Shown here: positions 54,601 to 64,000 of the stretch, one piece after another
Layout: each line of letters opens with the position of its first letter
Numbering within the stretch: position 1 is the stretch's first letter
Origin: Rotaria socialis
Taxonomy: Eukaryota
NCBI GenBank assembly: GCA_905331295.1
Contig: CAJNYD010000585.1
Location: forward strand, 1 to 64,000
Length of the DNA: 64,000 bases
Direction: 5' to 3'
Translations under genes and position numbers: made by a program
Notes under the pieces: model-generated
Database searches by the model: none
Told to the model about the DNA's origin: nothing
The model's input: only the letters and a program-made list of their open reading frames with translations

Positions 54601-57600
54601 CAAACTGCTTGCCTAGTTTTTCTTCAACGAACAAACTAAAATAGAAAATTACGGTAAGCAAGATTTTTTCTTGATTTATTATTTTTTTACCTTAATGCAT
54701 AAAGCATTCGATCTGGCCGCAGTGCACGCATCATACATAGCTTTTGTAGTGGAGTTTTATTTTTCCATTCTTGTGGTAGTTTTTCTTTTTCGGGTGCTTC
54801 CATTTCAACAAATTTTTTCCATCGTTTAGCTGAACCTTCAATATCACGATCAAGATTGGTAAATTCGTTCATTTGTGATAATGCTTTGATTCCACCCCAT
54901 GATATATCGTTAAGAAAATCGACGGGTGTTGTAACATTGACTACAATGGGAAATCGAAGTAGAAAATCAAGTTCTTTTGGATCGATTTCTTTAGCTGCGA
55001 GTAAAATCTAAATTGGAAATAAAAATTAGAAAAACTAATATTTTTATGTCAGTTTTGTTCATTCTTTACCAAAAACGACATTTGCGAAGTAAATATAAGT
55101 TTATGTTTCTCAAATAAACCACGAGTTGTGTAGAGAAATGTTGAATATGTGATTGAGTCAATTAAATTATGTACACGAATTTTAACATCATCGGATGGTT
55201 CCGCTTTTTCAATAGCACTAGCAAAAACGACTTTAAATGCTTTCAATGAAAATTGATACATTGGATGTATACGACAAAGATCATTCATTATAAAGTAAAC
55301 TAAACTAGCACGGGCTGCTGCTGGTCGATATAATTCTCGTGCTTCGTCGATTTTAATCGATGTTATTTTAGCTTCACCGACTTTTTCTTCGATTTCAGTG
55401 GCAGTTCGTTTGGTACTTTCTAAATTTTCTACTAATTCAGTGTCGCCAAGAAAGTTTGCACCAGCAGATGATAGACGAGCTAAAAGATTATCTTCAAGAC
55501 GTTTCAATGTGATCTTAAATTCATTTTGTTGTTTAGTTAAATCAGATTTCAATCGTTCAAGATCTGGTCGTTCCTAAAAAAAAATAGAAGAGAAATTTAA
55601 TTCATTTGTTTTCAATTCAACGAAACTCGTCGTTTTTGTGTCATCAATATGTTTTTTTGTTTTGCAAATTTCTGTTCCTGTACACGCAAATGTGAACAAG
55701 GGAAAAAATCTAGCAGATATGAGTCGAAAATTCGACTTCTGCGGTTGAATAAAACATAGCGAATAAATAAAATCTTACTTTTGCAACGACATCAGCTAAC
55801 AATTGATCTTCAAGACCATCTTTTGTAACTGTAAAATTGATTAATGTTGTTTGAGCTTGCATTTCAGGTTTATAATGTGGATTAGCAAGTTTCGTTTGTA
55901 ATATAAGTCGAAAATCTGGATGATATTCAATTTCTTTATCACCTAATTTAATAGCTCGACCTTTCTTAATTGTATTTCGTCCAAGCAATGGATCAAGTAC
56001 AGCTTCAATTGATTCATCGATATTTTCAATTAAAAGTATATCACCAGCTGCTATAGCTTGTTCGATTTTATCTAAATAACCCTTTTGACCAAGTCGAATT
56101 ACTTTAATACGTTCACCATAACGTTGTTTAATCCATTTGATACCTAGAGATATTTGCTTTTATTAGATGAAATTCTCGTCTTTTCTATATATACCTTGTA
56201 ATTGTGGATCAATCATAAGTGGCCAGCGTTCACAAGTCGTAAGAACAGTTGCATTTTCAGTTGACATACGATCTGATGGTAAACCTTCATTATTCCATCC
56301 TGCAATAACAGCATCATCGATAACTAATGTCAACGGGTCAATTTCGGGTGTAACAGGAATTGGTGTCTAAATAAAATAGATATGTTTTTATAGAAAATTT
56401 GTTGTTGCCCGTAAACTTCGATTATTTACTTTTAATGCTGATAAGTGTGGTCGCCAGAAATTTTCCATTAAATCAACTCGATATATTTTTGTAAAACAAC
56501 CAACATAAGAAACAAAAGCTGTTATAAGTAGAACATCTCCTGGCGTTGTTTCTTCAGATTTTCTAAAGCCAGCAACTGAATCACGCCAACGTACATTTTC
56601 AGATGCAAGACCATTAACTAGACGATTAGCTAAATTAATTGTATAAGCTGTACGATCAGCTTCTTCTTGACATTTTTGTTTAGCTGCCATAGCTGAATCG
56701 TATTCGGCTGTTAATTTAGCCAAAGCTTCTTCTAATTGCTACAATAGTGAAAGAAAATATGTATTTGGCTATTTTCTCTTAAACACAAAAACAAAAATAC
56801 ATACAGCAAGTTGCCTATTAACAATATCGAGTTTATCTCGTGCAGCTTTTAATTCAGCATTAGCTTTTTCTAAAGCTAAACGTTTTGGTTCTACTTCACA
56901 ATAAACTTCATAAAATCTATAGAGATAAAAGTAGATAACCAAAAAAATGTCGATTGATATAGCTTACGAAACAATGTTAATAACCCAGGCACTAAGACCA
57001 GCAGCAGCAGCTGATTTTGTTCGAATTTTGTCTGGATCAAAGTCTGGATCATCAATGTAAACCTTTACTTCGCGACGCATATCATCACGAATATGTTCTT
57101 TATCGTAAGTTTTCAAGGATTCTGTTTAAATCAAATAATTTTACTATGAGATAAAAACTGGCCAAGTGAATACTTACGAAGGAATTGATCGACATTACCC
57201 ATACTTGCTTTACAAGCTTTCCAATCGCGTTGTGCTGGCCGAGGAATTTTACCACCAGGCGGTAATAGACACATAACTGCAGCACCGACTTTAAGGACAG
57301 CTTCGGGAGGATTGGGAAAAGCTTTCATTTCACTAGAACGAAACATATTTTACTATGAAATGCTTCATTGTCGTTTTGAACACATACGTTAAACTATTTT
57401 TGTCTAATGTATTTAAAGCTTCTTCAGCTGCTTTCAGAGCAGGCATAGCACGAGCTAAATCACGCTCGCAATCATCTGCTTTAATTGTGACACTCTTTTC
57501 AATTTCAGCAACTTTAGCTTGTTCGACACCGGCAATTTCTTTTTCTTTCGATACTTTTTCGGTTTCAGTGCCGACGATCTATATACGAAGAAAATGTTTT

Positions 57601-60600
57601 TAAATAGAAGTTCAAAAATAAAACTAGAAAGCTAACTTTAATAAGTTTATCAGCATCTTCATTCTTTTGCTTAAGTTCAACTTCTTGTGCAGCCAGTTTA
57701 TCTTTTAAATCATCGACTTGACGTGCGCACGATTGTAATTTAACGAGACCACTTTCTAAACGATTGATTTTTTCTTGTAATTCCCGAGTTTTCTTCGCTA
57801 ATAAATTTTTATATAAAGTAATTTGTTCAAGAAAAGATTTCGGTGTCGTATAATTGTATCGTTTATCGTTCTAAAAGCAACCAAATCTATATTTTTTTTT
57901 TGACAACGAAAGAGATGTCTTTACTTGAAGATACGTGATACTCATTTCGTTGACACTTTTGTGTACAAATGCCATAAATTTAGCAACTGAATCTTTGAGT
58001 TCAGGTTTTAATGTATCAACATCGCTGACGAATCTAAAATATAAGAAAACGATCTTTTTTTTTAAGAGTTCAGCGGAAAATGTGTTTAACTAACCGATTA
58101 GCGACAGAAATCAAAGCTTCCTATAAAAGATGAGAAAATTTAATAGAAAATACTTTTTGTTTTTCTTCTATATTCATACTTCTGGCCATTCATGGTACCA
58201 ATCGATGGATGTACAATTTGTAATAGCTGGAAATTTTCGTGAACGTACACGAAGTGTTGTACCAACAGGTGAAAAGCAAAGTACAACCTAAGAAAAATCG
58301 AACAATTAGAAGTATAAAGAGTTATCTATTGAAATAAATTTACTTTAAGATTGCGTCGAACTTTTTCAATAAAATATTTCCAAATATTTTCTCTTGTATC
58401 ATCAATACCTTGTGATTTAACTTCATTTCTCATGCTTCCGATAATTTCATCAATGGCATCATCAGCAAACAAGCCTGGAATTTCTCCTGATGCTAACATA
58501 TCGTTAATTAGAACTAGAAATTTTTCATCAGCTACTTGTGAATCTGTCATGAGAAACACAGTGCCTATGCCTTTTTGTCCTGCTTTGATATACAATGCGC
58601 CTAGATCTGTTTTCAAATCATTGATATTATAGCCTTTTCGAAGAGTGATTTGAAAAACTTCCAATGAACTAATTGAAGCTGCTAATCTGGCTAAACTTTG
58701 TTTTCCACTACCACCGACACCGATCAATAGTGCATTACCACGAGGTGCTTCTAATATACGATTGATACGACAAATATGTGTCATGGCATCTTCGAAAAGT
58801 ACCAAATTCATTTGAGCATTTAATTCATTGTAGGCATCTAATGCATCGTTTAATAATTTTTGTAAGTGTGTCCAACTATCAATGGGCATATATTTTGGAT
58901 CGCCAACACCAAGAGCAAAATGACAATAGAGATTTGGTTTTTTAAATGCATTGTCTTCGTCAATTTCCTGAAAATAAAGAAAGATAAGAATTTTAGAAAA
59001 CACAAAAATCTGTTTTGTCTTTTAGTTTACGTCAAATGCTTTCTTAGCAACTTCACGTTGTAATTTCGTAAACATATCAATATCGGTACGATCAACTAAT
59101 TTATCACAATAGACACGTTCAGATTCATGTAGATAGAGCCGTATTAAATCATGGTGTGTTTTGATTGCATCTGGTTTAGCAAAAAGAATTGCCTATAGAA
59201 AAGAAAAAAACATTTCTCTGTATATACAAATGTTTTCATATAAAAACAAACTTGAAATATATTTGATAAATCACGAAGATTGAATATATAATGAAATTTA
59301 ATAGCCGTTGGTAAAAACGATACTGTTATACGACGATGAAGTTCAAGTGCACCACGTACAAGACTACTTGTATACTTTTGTACAGTTTGTGGAAAACCTT
59401 CAGCTAAATGCTGAGATAAAATGCCAACATAAATTGTTTCGAGAGCTTCCATGCCCGGAAATGATACGGCAAATACAGCAAAATGACGTTGTAAACGTGT
59501 ATCGATCGTAAATGAACCAGCTGTTGGATTCATCGCGCTCACATATTGACAATTGTGAATTTCTTTCAATGTCAATTTTTGACGATCATACCAATGTTTG
59601 TAATCAAGATGTTGTCGAAGAAGTGTATGCGGTTGACATGTATAATATTGATCGACCTAAATTACAAATAAATTCATTGAGACAAATAGTATATTTGCCG
59701 ATCTAACGTACTTCTGGCATGTTCATATCATCAATGAAGTAGATGATCTTTTTACTACCGGGTGGGCCATAATTACGACCGGCTTTCTTTTCTAATGGTT
59801 TTTCTAAAATTGATTGAAGCATATCACTTGTTGTATAAAAGTTAAATGGTACAGAAACAGCAAGCCAATCTTCATTGAGAGAGCCTAATTTATCATTGAT
59901 TAATACAGTTTTACCACAACCAGCATTACCCACTAAAATGAAGAGAAAAAAATTGCATTTAAACCTTGTTTCTTATTCAAAATCTATAAGAACTCCGAAT
60001 ATTAATCTCTCAAATGCTTACCCAACATAACTGGCCATCCTTTTTCTAAAAATAACTCCATAAAATATCGAATGCGCGTTGTTTCAGATGTTGGCACTAA
60101 TACAGACTATTTCCAAATAAATAAATAAATAAATCACAATGCAATAGTTTTTTCGTGCAATAAAACTTACTTGTAACGGTATTTCATTATCCAAGCGAAA
60201 TTTCGGTACAAGTTTTGTCCATGGTTCAAATTTCTTTGTTTCCGAATCGATATAATAATCAAAAACTGTACCTTGTACTGGAAATTTAATTGTTTTAAAC
60301 TCAGTAATCCACCATTTCGAAAATTCCAATCTATGATCAGTAATTTGATCTTGAAATAGAGCTGAGCCAAATGCCCAAACACAAGCGAAAACAAAATAAA
60401 GTTCATATAATTCTTTTGGACAATCAGGTGGCGTATTCGTTGCTGTTAACATGCATTCAAGTAGACGACATAACATATGTATATGTGCCCCTTCGACAAT
60501 AGGTGTAATCTTTTTAAAACGACTTTTAACAGCATCAAGACACATCGGTACATATTTATCGAAGAGAATTGTTAAATTCGCACGTTCAGATTGAATTTCA

Positions 60601-63600
60601 CGTGTTTCAATCCATGTTGCAACTTGTGGATTCCAACCAAGATCAGCCGGATTGATATATAAAATACCGGCACGTGATACTGTTGCAGGTGTAGCTGTAC
60701 GCAAATGACTAATTTCAAAGAGTAGACGCATTGTTGGATTCAATGGAATACGTTCATTACTGGCCAGTGTTAGCACTTTATTATCATCCATAACTGTATT
60801 TAATGATTCAATCCACATAGGATCAATATCACCATCGAGTACAATCCATTTGGGTCCTAAAATAAAAATTGTTTCCGTTTTCTTCTTATTTTTTTCAGAA
60901 ATCTATTTATCTTACCATCCGATGTCAGATTAGCTAAATCACGCATAATCGTAGAAAATAGACCGTCTTTCCATTCACGTGTCGCCGGATTAATAATACC
61001 GAACAGTTCATCGTTTGTAACAGCTTTTGGATTTAGATCAACAGCCATTGGTTTGCGTTTTTGATTAAAATATGTACGATTTAATACTTTCCATATTTGA
61101 GATTTTCCTGTGCCAGCATTACCAACAATGAAAACCGAGTGACGTACTTCGAATAATTCTTGTAATTGAACAACTTTGAGAATAAATGAATCTTCCGGCT
61201 GAAGTTTTAAATCAACGGTGGCTTGTTTGATTAATTTTTCGAAATCAAGATTACTGAATAAAAATTTAGAATGAAATTAAAAGAAAGCATATAGACAAAT
61301 TTTTAGTTTTATTACCGTTTACGTGGTACATCAAGCGCTGGAAATAGATCACCAATTAAACCCATAAAAACAGGCATATCATCAGTAACGATCTTTGGAA
61401 TGTTGAAATCACGTAAAGCACGCATAAGTACTTGATCTTCAGGTCGGCCTGGATCTGATCGACGAAGTGCACCAGCAACGACAAGTACAGATTTAATAGC
61501 TCGTAGACCCCAATCATAGTGATCCTAAAATATTCAATTGTGTAGAATTCTGAGTTCGACTCAATAAGAACTTACTTGTTTAGAAAGAAGTTCTTTACAT
61601 AGTGAATAGAGTGTAATGAATTTTCGAGCCAATAAACGAGCATCCGTAAAACCTTCAGCAACCATCATAATTTCACTAATGAGATCGAAATCTGGTACGA
61701 CCATAGCGCATGGACTGAAGAAAAAAACAGAAAATGTATTTTAATAAAAAAAAAAAGAAGTTTTTACGTACCGAAATAGTGCTTTAAGATTCTCGGGTAA
61801 TTCAGTACGACCAGCATAACCAGGATTCATAGTAATAAACAAACCAACGGTACGATTGAGACGAATTTCTTCACCCATAAAGATAAATCGTGTTTTCTTT
61901 TCACGAATTGCATCCTGAATAAAGCAAGTGTTTTTACAGAATGGTAGAATGCTAAATTAGTTTGCATACTTGAATCGATTTGACTTGTACAGCAATGACA
62001 GAGAGTACTTCAACTGAGATTCGATTAAATTCATCGAAACAACCCCAGGCACCTTAAAAGTTTAAGAGTAAATTATAACTAATTAACTATTTCAGAAATT
62101 GAGTCTGACAAAAATTAAAGAATGATTTATTTACCAGTCTGTGACAATCCTTTGTAGATATTACCACATGATTTGTAATCCATTTGTTCGGAGCAGTTGA
62201 AGACGTATACCATAATACCTAATGCTCGACCTAAATCTTTGGTTGTTTCAGTTTTACCCGTTCCGGCTATAAAAACAGAATTGAATGAAATATTAGGCAC
62301 CATTTCTTTCTTTTTACCTGGACCAGCTGGTGCGCCACCCATAACAAGATGCAATGATTGTGTTAATGTAATATAACATCGATCTGTTAATGGTGTTATG
62401 ACTAAACGCGCTTGATTACCTAAGTATTCATGAGCATAACGAAACTGAGCATCGCAAATGTTCGCAAAGCAATCTTTTTCTTTATCATCCCATCGATGTC
62501 TCAATTGGCATTGCCACATAAAATCATTTACACTTTCGCATTTTGTTCCTACCAGTTTCATGACGACATCACGAGCATGTACATCGATCTATGAACAAAT
62601 ATTTTCTTTTTGAACAGCTAAACAACTGGTATTAAATACGTACTGTACAAATAGTCATAATCTTTTGTCGATCGTTTGGTGTAAGGTCAGTTAATAAATG
62701 TACAATTAACGCATTTAATTGTGTTACTTGTTTACGATAAAAATCTTTCAATGCATTTTCATAACCTTCTTCTAACTTAGCGAAGGCTGCACAAACCTCA
62801 ACGGTCCACCAAACTTGTGAGCCAGTTAAAGCTATTTGAGCTTGAAAGTCCATAATCCATTGATCACGTGGTTTTTCTTCATAAGCACCGACGGCTTCAG
62901 TTAAATGATATCGAACTGTTTCGCATTGTTTTTCCAGAAGTCTATAAGTTCAAACAAAAATTATATTCTTACTAATTTTTATCAAAAGTTTTTGTTTACC
63001 GGTTAAGCCAGATTTCTACTTGTCCGCTGAGATCGCACGGCGATGGAAATGTCATATATTCTCCATCTTTGGCCCACATTGCTGTTGCTTCTTTAATTAC
63101 AGCTCCACGTTCTTCGGTTAATTTTAGTTTTGACATTGAATCAAATAATTTTGTTAGATGACGCATGACTTTTTCAGGTTCATTACCATTGGATAATATA
63201 TCAAGTAAATCAGCAGCCGAGACGAAGTAAAATCTAGATTTAAAAAAAACAAACAAATCACCTTCTTGCTTTTCAATATGATATCGAAAATAATGTTTAA
63301 CCTTGGAAAAGCCAATCGTTTTGTTTCTAAATAATCTGCAAGTGCTTTTTCGCACAGTGATAAACGCGATTTAATATCTTCTAAACGATCGTTCAATTTC
63401 GGACGATTCGTGCAACGAACAACATTTAAATCTTTTTGATTTTCAGCAGCTATGTCATGAAAGTCTTTATCAATTTGATCGAATCTTGCTGAATCTTCAG
63501 GCAATTGATTACGAATATCTTGTGAACCAATAAAAATCGATTCTAAATGTGACCAAGTTTTTTGTACTTCAATCAATATATGAATAACTTGATCAGCTTG

Positions 63601-64000
63601 TGATAAACTTCGTTGCCAGTCTGTGACTTCTTTAAGAAAATGTGCAATATATTTTGATGTTAACATATTTTGTAATTGTACTTGATTTTCTTCTAAGACT
63701 TCAATTAATTCTTCTTGTACAACAACCAAAGGTAATTTAGTGCGTGTATGTGGTTCAAGTGTAAACTCCATTGTTTTCCATGTGTTATCTAATTCACGAA
63801 GAACTTTTTCCATGGCCATTTCTTTAACTGCTTTATCAACAATATTTTTGACTTCATCTTCATATTGATGCAGACGTAAAGCCAGTAGATCCGCGAACGT
63901 TGTAGAATCAGTCATTTCAAATTTGACACCAGTGGCTTTCATCAATTCAAGCCAATGACGCTCTCGAATAGCTGGATTTTGCAATTCAGTTACGGCACGT
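51691..64000 (-). CDS. Axonemal outer-arm dynein beta heavy chain (DNAH9/DNAH17/DNAH11-like); 5' end lies outside the window
   Basis: Linker motif KRLAFPRFYF. AAA1 [18 protein letters not shown]2 [11 protein letters not shown]3 [11 protein letters not shown]4 GVGGSGKQS. Stalk, AAA5/6 and C-terminus [36 protein letters not shown]. Many short GT-AG introns. Confidence 0.96.
52880..53186. mobile_element. Near-palindromic MITE (307 bp) with CCC..GGG termini and TA TSD, in a dynein intron
   Basis: TA|CCCATGTAGTCGATAATG...CATTATCGGCTGCATGGG|TA. The inverted match extends inward (AATAATGGACATTAT/ATAATGTCCATTATT, TGCAACCTAT/ATAGGTTGCA, ATGCATTAAAATTTTAA/TTAAAATTTTAATGCAT). Confidence 0.93.

Noticed and set aside
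4975..64000. All main host genes on the minus strand as an operon-like unit
   Set aside because: Intergenic gaps are 1-10 kb, the functions are unrelated, and so few genes can be co-oriented by chance.

Overview
This is AT-rich eukaryotic genomic DNA with many short (about 50-60 nt) GT-AG introns and one assembly gap (3294-3726). The gene families, intron sizes and MITE types suggest a bdelloid rotifer (inference). Three conserved, apparently intact minus-strand genes form the backbone: a BLTP1/KIAA1109 bridge-like lipid transfer protein (9249-26858), an RGS-domain protein with alternative first exons (28448-35939), and the 3' part of an outer-arm axonemal dynein beta heavy chain (51691 to beyond 64000). 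Two accessory patches (about 1-8.3 kb and 40.6-49.3 kb) hold decaying members of expanded families and DNA transposons. These include a TRAF/MATH pseudogene, a receiver-like + ADP-ribosyltransferase + TPR pseudogene split by a hAT element with a perfect 8-bp TSD, an intron-containing D35D pogo-type transposase remnant, a TPR remnant, and a membrane-anchored NHL-repeat gene with one nonsense codon. Three MITEs with 2-bp TSDs lie in introns. I found no CRISPR array, tRNA or rRNA, and I cannot claim a wholly new system. The best leads are the ART-TPR architecture, the CRE-rich multi-promoter RGS locus, head-to-head telomere-like repeats, and a GC-rich structured island.
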